Below, one piece after another: positions 50,589 to 63,325 of a DNA stretch of 64,000 bases (within the stretch, counting starts at the first letter, position 1; the number at the start of each line of letters is the position of its first letter). The stretch is from an uncultured Candidatus Binatia bacterium (lineage in GTDB: Bacteria > Desulfobacterota > Binatia > Bin18), in contig OZ252051.1 in NCBI GenBank assembly GCA_965247985.1, positions 252,240 to 316,239 of the forward strand, written 5' to 3'. The notes under the pieces were generated by a model. It was not told the DNA's origin, did no database searches, and saw nothing but the letters and a program-made list of their open reading frames with translations. The position numbers and the translations under genes are program-made.

Positions 50589-51026
50589 CTAGAACGGCAC
50601 ATCATCATCCGGAGGGACTGAGCCTGCTCCCACATCATCAAAACCGCCACTAGGTTCATCATCAAACGACTGGCCCGAACGGGTGCCGCCACCGTCACGG
50701 CTACCGAGGAACGTCACTTGCTGAGCGTTGATCTCGGTGAAATAGCGTTCCTTCCCTTCCTTGTCCTCGAATTTCCGTGTCTGGATACGTCCTTCGATAT
50801 AGACCTGACGACCTTTGGATAGATATTGTCCGCACGTCTCGGCCTGTTTTCCCCACACCACGATGTTGTGCCACTCCGTGCGTTCCTGACGGCTATTTTC
50901 CCGGTCCGTCCACGTATCTGTCGTGGCGACGGAAAAGCGTGCCATAGCCTGCCCACTTTGAGTGAAGCGCACCTCTGGATCTTTACCAAGATTCCCAACA
51001 ATAATCGCTTTGTTCACCGAAGCCAT
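50589..51026 (-). CDS. ssb: single-stranded DNA-binding protein
   Basis: MASVNKAIIVGNLGKDPE... OB fold and acidic tail DDDVPF. Start set at ATG 51026 rather than the track ORF start at 51077. Confidence 0.9.
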   Translation of the reverse strand: MASVNKAIIVGNLGKDPEVRFTQSGQAMARFSVATTDTWTDRENSRQERTEWHNIVVWGKQAETCGQYLSKGRQVYIEGRIQTRKFEDKEGKERYFTEINAQQVTFLGSRDGGGTRSGQSFDDEPSGGFDDVGAGSVPPDDDVPF

Positions 51027-51158
51027 GGAAAAACCCTCCCTGGCGAGAACCGTACCAACCTCGTCTTTTGAAGTCAATCTGATTGACCGAGGCTGACAAT
51101 AGGGATTGTTGCTCCCTTCCGGGTCGCCTATATTCGTTCACGTCTGCATGAGGAAAAT

Positions 51159-52943
51159 ATGATGCTGAAGGCTCGAACTTTCCAAAGAGTAAAGCCGGTT
51201 TTCTTATTGCTGGTCTTGTTCAGTCCTCTTACCGGGCTGGCGTACGGTGCTGATTCGTCCAGTCTCAGAAAGAATTCTCCCTTCATTGCCACCTCCCAGC
51301 ACGGCATGGTTGCTGCCGCGAACGCGCCGGCGAGCGAAGCCGGCGTAGCAATGCTCCGGCGTGGAGGCAACGCGGTTGATGCCGCGGTGGCTGCATCCTT
51401 TGCCATCAGTGTGCTCAGGCCGCAATCAACCGGCATAGGTGGCGGTGGTTTTCTGCTGCTCTATCTGGCGAAAGAACAAAAAACGCTGGCGATTGATTTC
51501 CGCGAACGGGCCCCGCTCAAAGCCACACGAGACATGTTTGTCCGGGACGGAAAAGCCGTCCCCTCCCTGAGCCGAACCGGCCCCCTTGCCGTAGCCGTGC
51601 CGGGCCTTGTTGCCGGACTGGTGGAGGTCCAGCACCGATTTGGGCACCTGCCGCTCGAAGAGGTCATGCAGCCGGCTATCCGCCTGGCAGAAGCCGGCTT
51701 CCCCGTCTATCCGCATTTGGCCAGGGCCATAGCCTACCGAGCTGAGACCTTGGGCGCATCCGAGGCAACCCGGGCGGTGTATTTCCACAACGATCAGCCG
51801 CTTGAGCAAGGCGCCCTCTTTGTCCAAAAAGACTTGGCCAAGACGCTGCGGGCTGTGGCCAAAGCCGGCAAGGATGCCTTTTACACCGGCTGGGTCGCCC
51901 AGGCGCTGGTCACAGAAATGCAACGAACAGGCGGCTTGCTGACCCAGGAAGATTTGGATCAATATCGGGTGATTGAGCGCCTGCCGGTGAGTGGGACTTT
52001 CCAGGGCGCTCGTATTGACGCTATGCCACCGCCCAGCTCCGGTGGCGTCCTGCTGGTGCAGATGCTGAACGTCCTGTCAGGCTTTCCCTTACAAAAGCTG
52101 GGCTTCCAAACTCCCGGTGCAATGCACCTGCTCACCGAAACCCTGCGTCTGGCCTTTCGCGACCGAGCCCAGTATTTAGGCGATGCGGACTTTGTGTCTG
52201 TTCCGGTTGAGCGGCTGGTCTCTCTTCCCTATGCACAAGACCTGCGGGCGAAGATTGATGTGACTCAAGCCACTCCCAGCCAGGGCATTCCGCAAACCCC
52301 AACGGGAAAGGTAGAATCGACGAGTACGACGCATCTTTCCGTGATTGATAAAGCTGGAAACGCCGTCGCCACAACCCAGACGGTGAACTTGTATTTTGGC
52401 AGCGGAGTCATGGTTCCTGGGACCGGTATTATGCTCAACGATGAGATGGACGATTTCAGTGCCCAGCCCGATCAACCCAACGCCTTTGGCCTGATCGGCA
52501 ATACGGACGCGAATGCTATTGCGCCCCGGAAAACGCCACTGAGCAGCATGAGTCCAACCATTGTTACCCGTGACGGCAAGGTCGAACTCGTGATTGGTGG
52601 ACCAGGTGGCTCACGCATTATCAGTTCGGTCCTGCAAGTCATGCTCAATGTCCTGGCCTACAATATGTCCTTGCCGGATGCCATGTTTGCCCCGCGCATT
52701 CATCATCAGTGGTATCCGGACAGGCTGAATCTGGAAGTCCAAACAGGCAGTGAATCGAATGGGCTTGCCGAAGCGCTTCAGACTATGGGCCACACTGTGA
52801 AGGTCGTGGAATGGGGGCCCGGCAAGCGTTCCCGCTTTGGTAACATCCAGGCGATTCATGTTGACCGGGATACAGGTCTGATAACGGGCGTCTCTGACCC
52901 GCGTGGGGAAGGACAACCGCGCGGCTTAGAGAATAAGAAGTAG
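51159..52943 (+). CDS. ggt: gamma-glutamyltranspeptidase
   Basis: 594 aa with a signal peptide and catalytic Thr region TTHLSVIDKAGNAVATT. Confidence 0.9.
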   Translation: MMLKARTFQRVKPVFLLLVLFSPLTGLAYGADSSSLRKNSPFIATSQHGMVAAANAPASEAGVAMLRRGGNAVDAAVAASFAISVLRPQSTGIGGGGFLLLYLAKEQKTLAIDFRERAPLKATRDMFVRDGKAVPSLSRTGPLAVAVPGLVAGLVEVQHRFGHLPLEEVMQPAIRLAEAGFPVYPHLARAIAYRAETLGASEATRAVYFHNDQPLEQGALFVQKDLAKTLRAVAKAGKDAFYTGWVAQALVTEMQRTGGLLTQEDLDQYRVIERLPVSGTFQGARIDAMPPPSSGGVLLVQMLNVLSGFPLQKLGFQTPGAMHLLTETLRLAFRDRAQYLGDADFVSVPVERLVSLPYAQDLRAKIDVTQATPSQGIPQTPTGKVESTSTTHLSVIDKAGNAVATTQTVNLYFGSGVMVPGTGIMLNDEMDDFSAQPDQPNAFGLIGNTDANAIAPRKTPLSSMSPTIVTRDGKVELVIGGPGGSRIISSVLQVMLNVLAYNMSLPDAMFAPRIHHQWYPDRLNLEVQTGSESNGLAEALQTMGHTVKVVEWGPGKRSRFGNIQAIHVDRDTGLITGVSDPRGEGQPRGLENKK

Positions 52944-53029
52944 GGTGCGCCCTGCGCACCAAGCAAAATGGTGCATGGGATGCACCCTACAAAAGGATAA
53001 AGCCAATTTTTACGCGAAGGGAGTCTGCC

Positions 53030-54211
53030 GTGGCGGATTTAATTGATACCGATTTTTACCAAATTGAAGAGCTGCTGAGTGAAGAAGAACGCTTGGTGCG
53101 CGATGTGGCCCGCCGTTTCGTGGATGAAGAATTCATGCCACGCGTTCAGCAGTGTTTCCGTGAGGGCTCTTTTCCTATGGAACTCGTCCCTCGAATAGCC
53201 GAGCTGGGCTTCCTCGGTATTACTGTTCCAACCGAATACGGTGGCGCCGGCATGAACAGCGTTATCTACGGCTTGGTCAGCCAGGAGTTGGAGCGCGGGG
53301 ATAGTGGGTTGCGCTCCTTTGCCAGCGTACAGTCGTCATTGGTGATGTATCCGATTTTGACGTTCGGCTCGGAGGAGCAAAAGAAATTCTGGCTGCCACG
53401 TCTGGCTCAGGCTGAGGCTATTGGCTGCTTTGGACTGACGGAGCCGGACTTTGGCTCGAATCCGGGTGGGATGATAACCCGCGCCCGGAAAGAAAACGGC
53501 GGCTATGTCCTCAACGGCACCAAGCGTTGGATCACCAACGGGTCAATCTCTGATGTTGCCGTGGTGTGGGCCAAGCTTGAAGAGGATGGCAAAGATGTGA
53601 TTCGTGGCTTCCTGGTTGAAAAAGAACGGGCCGGCTTCACCCGGCAAAACATTGATGGGAAATTCAGTTTTCGGGCGTCCGTGACTTCGGAGCTTATTTT
53701 CGAGGATTGCTGGATTCCTGAAGACAATCTTCTCCCCAAGTCGGGTGGCCTCAAATCCCCGCTCATGTGTCTGACCCAAGCCCGCTACGGTATTTCCTGG
53801 GGTGCAACTGGGGCTGCCATGGCCTGTTATGAATGCGCGGTCGATTACGCCCAGAATCGAAAGATGTTCTCGCGGCCGATTGGGGGTTATCAGCTCGTGC
53901 AGGCCAAACTGGTGACGATGCTGACGGAGATTACCAAAGCGCAACTTTTAGCCTATCGGCTTGGCCGGCTCAAAGACGCCGGCAAGATGCGACCGGACCA
54001 CGTCAGCATGGCGAAGATGAATAATGTTTCGACCGCGTTGCACACTACGCGGCTCGCTCGGGACATTCTCGGTGGGAACGGCATCACGGATGAGTATCCG
54101 ATTATTCGACATCTGCTCAACCTTGAGACGGTCAATACCTACGAAGGCACCGAGGATATCCACCGCTTGACGCTCGGTCGCTATATTACCGGGCTGAGTG
54201 CGTTTGAGTGA
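53030..54211 (+). CDS. acyl-CoA dehydrogenase (glutaryl-CoA DH-like)
   Basis: 393 aa with ACAD domains. Confidence 0.85.
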   Translation: MADLIDTDFYQIEELLSEEERLVRDVARRFVDEEFMPRVQQCFREGSFPMELVPRIAELGFLGITVPTEYGGAGMNSVIYGLVSQELERGDSGLRSFASVQSSLVMYPILTFGSEEQKKFWLPRLAQAEAIGCFGLTEPDFGSNPGGMITRARKENGGYVLNGTKRWITNGSISDVAVVWAKLEEDGKDVIRGFLVEKERAGFTRQNIDGKFSFRASVTSELIFEDCWIPEDNLLPKSGGLKSPLMCLTQARYGISWGATGAAMACYECAVDYAQNRKMFSRPIGGYQLVQAKLVTMLTEITKAQLLAYRLGRLKDAGKMRPDHVSMAKMNNVSTALHTTRLARDILGGNGITDEYPIIRHLLNLETVNTYEGTEDIHRLTLGRYITGLSAFE

Positions 54212-54912
54212 GCGCTTTGGCGTATCAGGCAAAGAGTAAACGTGCCAACAGCTTTGTATGTGTTGGAGGGCACGTTTACTCTTCGGAGCCGATTGAGGTC
54301 GTCATCGGCGTCCGCACGCTTACCCTGCTCAGAGTAAAAGACCTGGAGCGCTATGTTGACCGTGAGGCCCTGCTGCGCGACGACACCGAGGAGCCGCCGT
54401 ACTGGGCCCATTTGTGGACGGGCGCTCTGACCCTGGCGCGCCATATTAACGCTTGCATTGATGTTCGAGACCAGACTGTGCTCGATCTCGGTTGTGGACT
54501 TGGGTTGACGGGCATCATCGCCGCGCAAAAAGGGGGGCGGGTCACCTTTGCCGACAAGGAAGCCAACGCGGTGTCCTTTGCGCAGGAGAACGCGCGGCTC
54601 AACGGATGTGCGCAATACGAAGCACGCCCGCTCGACTTTACCCAGGACGCACTGGATACACGTTTCTCGCTCATCTTTGGTGCGGAGATTTTATACGATA
54701 GGCCGACCTTCCCTGCCCTCGTGCATTTTCTCGCAACGCATCTCTCCTCCGACGGACGGGCTATCCTGTCCGATGCCAAACGGACGAATACCCAAGACTT
54801 CTACCACCAACTTGACCAAGCCGGCTTGCGGTGGACTCGGAAAGAAATACGCGAGCGAGAAGACAATCTGCCCCTGCCGGTCAGCATTGTCACCATATGC
54901 GGGAGCGTGTAG
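54208..54912 (+). CDS. class I SAM-dependent methyltransferase (Methyltransf_16-like); start uncertain
   Basis: PYWAHLWTGALTLARHI and SAM motif VLDLGCGLGLTGI. The only in-frame start before the conserved region is GTG 54208, which overlaps the ACAD stop. Confidence 0.65.
   Translation: MSALAYQAKSKRANSFVCVGGHVYSSEPIEVVIGVRTLTLLRVKDLERYVDREALLRDDTEEPPYWAHLWTGALTLARHINACIDVRDQTVLDLGCGLGLTGIIAAQKGGRVTFADKEANAVSFAQENARLNGCAQYEARPLDFTQDALDTRFSLIFGAEILYDRPTFPALVHFLATHLSSDGRAILSDAKRTNTQDFYHQLDQAGLRWTRKEIREREDNLPLPVSIVTICGSV
54233..54283. repeat. palindromic repeat family 1, copy inside the 5' end of the methyltransferase ORF
   Basis: gagtaaacgtgccaaca gctttgtatg tgttggagggcacgtttactc. Confidence 0.85.
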
Positions 54913-54925
54913 GGAGAAGAACGGA

Positions 54926-55585
54926 ATGGTGACGAACCGGACAATTTCTCGGGTTATCGGTATCCTGCGTCAAGCGTCGGCAGGTTGGAACGCGCCTGTG
55001 GTGACGGAAATGGCGGGGTTTTCGCGTGATCCCTACCAGGTGTTGATCGCCTGTCTCCTAAGTTTGCGGACCAAAGATGAAACAACCGGCCCTGCGGCCC
55101 GACGGCTGTTTGCCCTGGCTGATACACCGGAAAAAATGGTTACTCTCACACCAGCGCAAGTGAAGAAAGCGATTTATCCGGTTGGGTTCTATAAAACCAA
55201 AGCGCAAACCGTGCTCGATATCTCACAAAGACTGCTCGACGAATACACCGGGCAGGTGCCGGACGATATTGACGCCCTGTTGACTTTCAAGGGCGTGGGT
55301 CGGAAAACTGCGAATCTGGTTGTGACCTTGGGCTTCCAGAAACCTGGCATCTGTGTAGATACGCACGTCCACCGCATCTCTAACCGTTGGGGCTATGTGG
55401 AGACGGCAGACCCGGAAAAAACGGAAATGGCGCTCCGCGCCAAGCTGCCCAAGCGTTTCTGGATCGGCTATAACGACCTACTGGTCGCCTTTGGACAGAC
55501 CTTGTGTCATCCCACTTCACCCAAGTGTAGCGCGTGCCCGATTGAGCGATTTTGCGCAAAGGTCGGTGTGGGGCGGAGTCGCTAA
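54926..55585 (+). CDS. nth: endonuclease III (HhH-GPD glycosylase with 4Fe-4S cluster)
   Basis: HhH motif LLTFKGVGRKTANLV and C-terminal CHPTSPKCSACPIERFC. Confidence 0.85.
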   Translation: MVTNRTISRVIGILRQASAGWNAPVVTEMAGFSRDPYQVLIACLLSLRTKDETTGPAARRLFALADTPEKMVTLTPAQVKKAIYPVGFYKTKAQTVLDISQRLLDEYTGQVPDDIDALLTFKGVGRKTANLVVTLGFQKPGICVDTHVHRISNRWGYVETADPEKTEMALRAKLPKRFWIGYNDLLVAFGQTLCHPTSPKCSACPIERFCAKVGVGRSR

Positions 55586-55606
55586 GTCTGCGCGACGGCA
55601 GTTCGT

Positions 55607-56881
55607 ATGAATCCGGCGGCCCAGACTCTGACCACCCGCACGAAACTGATTTGGGTAGCCCTGCTGTATTTTGCCGAGGGTTTTCCATTCGGGCTCCTGT
55701 TTGACGCCTTTCCGGTGTATTTCCGGACGCATGGTATGAGCCTGACGGAAATCGGTCTGTTGAGTGTGGTCGGACTGCCGTGGACGCTGAAATTCCTGTG
55801 GGCACCGCTGGTTGATGTAGTAGGGTCGCGGCGAAGCTGGATCGTGTCCTGCCAAGGCTTGCTCGCTTTCGACCTGGGCTTACTTCTTTTCCTCGATCCA
55901 ACCAATATCGGCAGTCTGGCGTGGGCCGGACTTATTGCGCTCGCCCTCCTGGCGGCAACCCAGGACATTGCTATTGACGCCTATACGATCGAACTCCTGG
56001 ACCAAACAGAAATGGGACCTGCCAATGGGCTACGAGTCAGTACCTATCGTGTCGCATTGATCGTTGCCGGCGGGGTGTTTGTTGGGGCCGCTGGTCTCGT
56101 CGGTTGGCGGGTGGCATTTCTGACCGCGGCTGTCCTCTTCGCCGTACTGGCCCTTATCTCAAGTCAAATGCCTCGTCCTGCGCCGGGACCACCCCGCACG
56201 CAGCGGACTCTACCCTGGTCCACTGCACTCACCCATGGATTCCTCAACCCGCTCAAAAGTTTTTGGCGGCGGCCTGGCGTTATTGCGGTCCTCCTCTTTG
56301 TGTTGCTCTTCAAACTCGGGGATATGGCATTGGGGCCGATGGTCCGGCCGTTCTGGGTGGACCGGGACTTTACGCCGCTGCAAATCGGCCTGATTCCGGG
56401 AACGGTTGGAGTCGTCAGTACGATTCTCGGCGCGTTGCTCGGCGGTCGTCTCACCAAACAATGGGGGCTTTTTCGCGCATTGTGGGTGTTGGGCATCGCC
56501 CAAGCAGGATCTAATTTATTCTATGCCATGACCGCCGCTGTCTCCCGTTCTGAAACGCTTATGTATTGTGCTTCGGTTGTTGAGTCGTTTTGTGGCGGGC
56601 TGGGAACTGCGCCGTTCTTGGCCTTTTTGATGAGCATCTGTGACAAACGCCAAGCCGCCACCCAGTACGCCCTGCTGAGTGCACTCTTTGGGCTTGGGCG
56701 GACGCTGTCAGGAGCCTTGTCCGGGGTGCTCACGCAGAGCGTCGGGTATGCCGCGTATTTCACTGCAACTTTTTTTCTGGCGTGGCCCGCTTTTGTGCTC
56801 TTGCCGTGGGTCCGCACGTGGATCGTTCAAGCAGAGCAGCATTCGTCTTCTCTTCGGACCTCCGGAGAGCCCGCTGCTTAA
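55607..56881 (+). CDS. ampG: AmpG-family MFS muropeptide transporter
   Basis: 424 aa, 12-TM MFS protein with an AmpG-like N-terminus. Confidence 0.8.
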   Translation: MNPAAQTLTTRTKLIWVALLYFAEGFPFGLLFDAFPVYFRTHGMSLTEIGLLSVVGLPWTLKFLWAPLVDVVGSRRSWIVSCQGLLAFDLGLLLFLDPTNIGSLAWAGLIALALLAATQDIAIDAYTIELLDQTEMGPANGLRVSTYRVALIVAGGVFVGAAGLVGWRVAFLTAAVLFAVLALISSQMPRPAPGPPRTQRTLPWSTALTHGFLNPLKSFWRRPGVIAVLLFVLLFKLGDMALGPMVRPFWVDRDFTPLQIGLIPGTVGVVSTILGALLGGRLTKQWGLFRALWVLGIAQAGSNLFYAMTAAVSRSETLMYCASVVESFCGGLGTAPFLAFLMSICDKRQAATQYALLSALFGLGRTLSGALSGVLTQSVGYAAYFTATFFLAWPAFVLLPWVRTWIVQAEQHSSSLRTSGEPAA

Positions 56882-57027
56882 GAAGTCTGAGCGATAAGAG
56901 AGACGCTCTTCAAGTTGCAGACGGAATGGGGGCGGAAGAGCCGCTTTACTTCTACGATTTCATGCGCATGTGGAGGACATTGCACCCAGCAGGACCACGG
57001 CATAAGACAGAGGAAAGGAGACAAACT

Positions 57028-58032
57028 ATGGCAACGGATCGCGAAGCCTGGCTCAATTTGACCCAAGAAGAAGCGCTCGACCCGAACCTGCCTATTTGTG
57101 ACCCGCATCATCATCTGTGGGATTATCCCCAGAATCGATATTTGCTGGAAGATTTGCTCCAGGACCTCGGGGGCGGGCATCGGGTGACCCAGACGGTTTT
57201 TGTTGAGTGCGTGTCCATGTACCGAAAAGACGGCCCGGAAGAGATGAAGCCAATCGGAGAGACAGAATTTGTTCAAGGCATTGCTGCCCAGAGTGCCAGC
57301 GGCAACTACGGGCCGACAGCGGTTGCCGCCGGGATTGTGAGCTTGGCCAATCTCTCTCTTGGCCCCGCGGTTGAACCCGTCCTCGAAGCGCATGTTGCCG
57401 CAAGCCGTAACCGTTTCCGTGGGATTCGGCACGCGACAAGCTGGCACGCGCATGAGAAGGTCAGGAACGCGCATACTCATCCGTCGGAAGGCCTCTTATT
57501 AGACGCGACGTTCAGACAGGGATTTGCCTGTTTACATAAGCTCGGTCTGAGTTTTGATGCCTGGATGTATCATACCCAGCTGGCCGACCTGGTTGATCTG
57601 GCTCACGCATTTCCTGACGCAACGATCATCCTCGATCATGTTGGCGGGCCGCTCGGTATTGGTCCGTACGCGGGGAAGCAAGACGATGTCATGCAAGTAT
57701 GGAAGCAGGGAATTGCTGATCTCTCACACTGTCAGAATGTGGTGGTCAAGCTTGGTGGCGTCACCATGCCGATGTGTGGATTTGGCTGGCATCAGAGGGA
57801 AAAACCGCCGACTTCAGAGGAAGTTGCCAAAGCCACCGCCCCGTATTACCTCTTTTGTATCGAGCAGTTTGGCGTAGAGCGGTGTATGTTCGAGAGCAAT
57901 TTCCCTGTTGATAAGGCTTCGTGCTCGTACACCGTGCTCTGGAATTCGTTTAAGCGTATCACCCAAGATTTCTCACGCGACGAACGGGTGGCGCTCTTCC
58001 ATGATACGGCTGCGCGGACCTATAAAATATAG
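57028..58032 (+). CDS. amidohydrolase-2 family hydrolase
   Basis: ATG 57028 with SD AGGAAAGGAG. Metal site PICDPHHHLWDY. The longer track ORF from 56782 overlaps ampG and is rejected. Confidence 0.75.
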   Translation: MATDREAWLNLTQEEALDPNLPICDPHHHLWDYPQNRYLLEDLLQDLGGGHRVTQTVFVECVSMYRKDGPEEMKPIGETEFVQGIAAQSASGNYGPTAVAAGIVSLANLSLGPAVEPVLEAHVAASRNRFRGIRHATSWHAHEKVRNAHTHPSEGLLLDATFRQGFACLHKLGLSFDAWMYHTQLADLVDLAHAFPDATIILDHVGGPLGIGPYAGKQDDVMQVWKQGIADLSHCQNVVVKLGGVTMPMCGFGWHQREKPPTSEEVAKATAPYYLFCIEQFGVERCMFESNFPVDKASCSYTVLWNSFKRITQDFSRDERVALFHDTAARTYKI

Positions 58033-58073
58033 TCCGCGGCCCAGCTATCGTAGGGGCGAGAAATCTTTCGCTC

Positions 58074-58862
58074 CTACAGAGCGCCAGGCAGAGCTTGGTA
58101 AAAGCCATTGGTCTGGACCAGCTCGACTGGTGTGTCGAACAGGGCACTGAGATTCGCATTGGTGAGAATATCTTCTTTCTCACCATCGGCGATAACCTTG
58201 CCCTGTTTGAGCAGGACAACGCGCGAGACCTCTGGTGGTATTTCATGAATGTGGTGGGTGACCAGAGCAACGGTCTTCCCGGCTTGCATCAACTGCCGAA
58301 TGGTCGCGATGTATTGAAAACACGCCCGCAGGTCGAGTCCACTGGTTGGTTCGTCCAATACCAGCGTTTCAGGATCATTAATCAGCGCCCGCCCGAGCAG
58401 AAAGCGGCGCTGCTCACCCGTAGACATAGTGGCATAGGTTTTATTTTGCAGCGCACCGATCCCGAGTGTGTCTAGGACTTTTTGCGCCCGAGCGGTATCG
58501 TCGGCACTAAATGTGTGGTGCCACGCGATGTCTATGCTTGAGTAGAAGCCTGATAAAATAATATTGAACCCGCGGGCATTGCCAACATATTGTTGCTGCA
58601 AATCGTGGGACACGATGCCAAAGCGGGAGCGGAGTTCCCAGACATCCCAACGCTCCTTCCCATAGAGGTGCACATAACTGTTGTCCTGATGAACCGGATA
58701 GAGATCGCGGGACAGGAGCTTGAGCAAGGTGGATTTGCCAGCGCCATTGGGGCCAAGGATGACCGTGTTCTGGCCCTCGCTGAGGTCGAGAGAGAAATTC
58801 TCGAACACGCAGGTTTGACCACGATAGACGGTCGCATTTTTAATCTCGATAATTTTCTGCAT
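58074..58862 (-). CDS. ABC transporter ATP-binding protein (orphan, ModF-like)
   Basis: Walker A GPNGAGKST, signature MSTGEQRR and Walker B LVLDEPTSGLD. Confidence 0.85.
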   Translation of the reverse strand: MQKIIEIKNATVYRGQTCVFENFSLDLSEGQNTVILGPNGAGKSTLLKLLSRDLYPVHQDNSYVHLYGKERWDVWELRSRFGIVSHDLQQQYVGNARGFNIILSGFYSSIDIAWHHTFSADDTARAQKVLDTLGIGALQNKTYATMSTGEQRRFLLGRALINDPETLVLDEPTSGLDLRACFQYIATIRQLMQAGKTVALVTHHIHEIPPEVSRVVLLKQGKVIADGEKEDILTNANLSALFDTPVELVQTNGFYQALPGAL

Positions 58863-58870
58863 ACTGGCCT

Positions 58871-59212
58871 CTATTCGAGTTGGAGCCAGAGACAGTCCGT
58901 CCCATCCAGAAACATATGAATGACAAGCCCCAGGGAGATCAGTCTCAACGGGCTCAACTGATTCGACTGATTCAACTTGGGGATTCCGAGGAGGAATAGA
59001 TAGACTGCAATGGCCGGGTAGGAGTGGAGCGGATGAAAGCCGATACCACAGCGATGAGGATCGTAAATGGGGTCGGCGAGAAGATGATCAATATCAACGA
59101 CCATAGTTCCGACCATGATCAGGAAAGCCCACCGCCACCGATCCAAATAAAATGTCCGCGCGACAAGCGCTGGAACAATGAAATGGAGAACCATATGAAT
59201 AATTGGACGCAT
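58871..59212 (-). CDS. hypothetical membrane protein
   Basis: 113 aa with 3-4 TM segments and His-rich motifs. Confidence 0.4.
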   Translation of the reverse strand: MRPIIHMVLHFIVPALVARTFYLDRWRWAFLIMVGTMVVDIDHLLADPIYDPHRCGIGFHPLHSYPAIAVYLFLLGIPKLNQSNQLSPLRLISLGLVIHMFLDGTDCLWLQLE

Positions 59213-59249
59213 GGGCGCTGAGAGGGCTCATGTCTATGAGCAGAAAGAA

Positions 59250-60380
59250 CTAGTGTTTCCCGAGCTTGAGATACGGACGTGGGGAATACGGCTCTCTAGC
59301 TCCTCGGGTAGCAAGGTCTTGTAGCAGGGCGTCGCCGAGGGCGAGGGCAAGCATAGCCTCGGCCATGGGCACGCCGCGAATGGCAACGCACGGATCGTGC
59401 CGACCCCTGGTACTAATTGTTCGCGGCTGCAACTGCGTGTCTAGCGTCTGCTGTTCGCGCGGCAGCGAAGACGTGGGTTTCACCACGACCCGGGCAATAA
59501 TAGGGGCGCCAGACGAAATGCCGCCAAGAATACCGCCATGATTATTGCTGCGAAAGCCATTAACGTCCATTTCGTCGTTCATCTGACTGCCACGCATAGC
59601 CGCAGCGGCAAAACCGGCTCCAACCTCAACGCCTTTCACTGCGGGAAGAGACATCAGGGCGCTAACAATAGTGGAATCGAGCTTGCCAAAGACCGGCTCG
59701 CCAAGACCGGGCGGAACACCCGTGGCGACAACTTCAATAATGCCTCCAACCGAATCGCGTTCTTTCCGGGCCTGTTCGACTTCCTCCCGCATGGCTTGCA
59801 CAGTGTCCGGATCAACGCTGCGCAGCTCATTGTGCTCGACCTGTTCCCAGACATAGCGTTGTGCTCGGACGCTGCCAACTTGGACGACGCCGCCGACTAT
59901 CGATATGCCGAATTGCGCGAGGAGCTGTTTTGCGAGAGCCCCGGCGATCACGCGGCCGACTGATTCGCGGGCTGAGGCTCTCCCCCCTCCCCGATGGTCG
60001 CGATGGCCGTATTTTGCGAAATACGTAAAGTCTGCGTGTCCGGGACGAAAGAGGTCTTTGATATTCGTATAGTCTTTTGATCGGGTATCTTCATTGAAGA
60101 CCATGATCATCATGGGTGTACCGGTGGTTTTGCCTTCATAGACGCCAGAGAAAATCTCGAACTGTTCTTTTTCCTGACGTTGTGTCACCAGCGTGGATTG
60201 GCCAGGCCGGCGGCGCTGAAGTTCGGTGTGAATACCGGCCTCGTCGATCTCGAAGTCAGCCGGAAAACCATCGATGACCACGCCGACCGCTCTGCCATGG
60301 CTCTCCCCGAAGGTTGTGACGCGTAAGATTGTGCCGAAAGTATTGCCTGTCATCGGTTCACCGTCAAACGTGTGAGGCAA
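59250..60380 (-). CDS. aroC: chorismate synthase
   Basis: 376 aa with GESHG and other conserved AroC blocks. Confidence 0.95.
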   Translation of the reverse strand: MPHTFDGEPMTGNTFGTILRVTTFGESHGRAVGVVIDGFPADFEIDEAGIHTELQRRRPGQSTLVTQRQEKEQFEIFSGVYEGKTTGTPMMIMVFNEDTRSKDYTNIKDLFRPGHADFTYFAKYGHRDHRGGGRASARESVGRVIAGALAKQLLAQFGISIVGGVVQVGSVRAQRYVWEQVEHNELRSVDPDTVQAMREEVEQARKERDSVGGIIEVVATGVPPGLGEPVFGKLDSTIVSALMSLPAVKGVEVGAGFAAAAMRGSQMNDEMDVNGFRSNNHGGILGGISSGAPIIARVVVKPTSSLPREQQTLDTQLQPRTISTRGRHDPCVAIRGVPMAEAMLALALGDALLQDLATRGAREPYSPRPYLKLGKH

Positions 60381-60533
60381 AGCCCCTACTGTCGGGGACC
60401 CCCTCTCCCTAGCCCGCTCCCCCTCCGGGGGAGCGGGAACACAATGGTGATACTACCACGTGTGCCTCAACGAAAAAGGGGCCGATACATCGGCCCCTGG
60501 AGAATGTACAGTGTTTGAGTGAAGTTGAGCAGT

Positions 60534-60941
60534 TTAGTTGCGAGACGCAACGTCCAAACGGACCTGAGCAAGACGGAGAGTATTTTGAGCGTCCTCAAAG
60601 CCGGCGTCGTCTGGCGAAAGGGTGCTGAGCGAGGCTGAAGCCTCGCGGACCGCCTCTTGCGCTTGTGCCGCGTCAATTTCGTTTGCGTACGCGGCATCAG
60701 TACACAGGACAGTCATCAGGTTGTCCACCACTTCAGCGAATCCGTCACTTACTGCCAATGACTGGCTTTGTCCACCCTGCTTATAGGATAAGCGCCCAGG
60801 CTGGAGCGAAGACAAAAACGTGGTGTGATTTGGGAATACGCCGAACTCACCCACTGTGCCGGGAGCGGTGACTTCATCGACCTCCTCATCAAGGAGGAGA
60901 CGCTCCGGGGTGACTAAACGCAGACGCAGGATATCAGCCAT
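60534..60941 (-). CDS. atpC: F1 ATP synthase subunit epsilon
   Basis: 135 aa with an epsilon-type N-terminal beta-sandwich. Confidence 0.85.
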   Translation of the reverse strand: MADILRLRLVTPERLLLDEEVDEVTAPGTVGEFGVFPNHTTFLSSLQPGRLSYKQGGQSQSLAVSDGFAEVVDNLMTVLCTDAAYANEIDAAQAQEAVREASASLSTLSPDDAGFEDAQNTLRLAQVRLDVASRN

Positions 60942-60995
60942 AATTCTCGTTACACGCTCGTGAAGGAAAAGGTCTTGTCCCCCTTCCCTTCTTGC

Positions 60996-62417
<1,422 letters not shown>

Positions 62418-62434
62418 CTATAACATGCAGTGTT

Positions 62435-63310
<876 letters not shown>

Positions 63311-63325
63311 ATGTCAGTCGTTCAG

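Noticed and set aside
52946-52988. Tandem hairpins after ggt as a terminator
   Set aside because: Stems are present (ggtgcgc/gcgcacc, ggtgcat/atgcacc) but no U-tract follows, so it was not listed as a feature.
56782-57027. Long start for the second amidohydrolase
   Set aside because: It overlaps the ampG 3' end by 100 nt. ATG 57028 has a good SD and begins at the conserved region.
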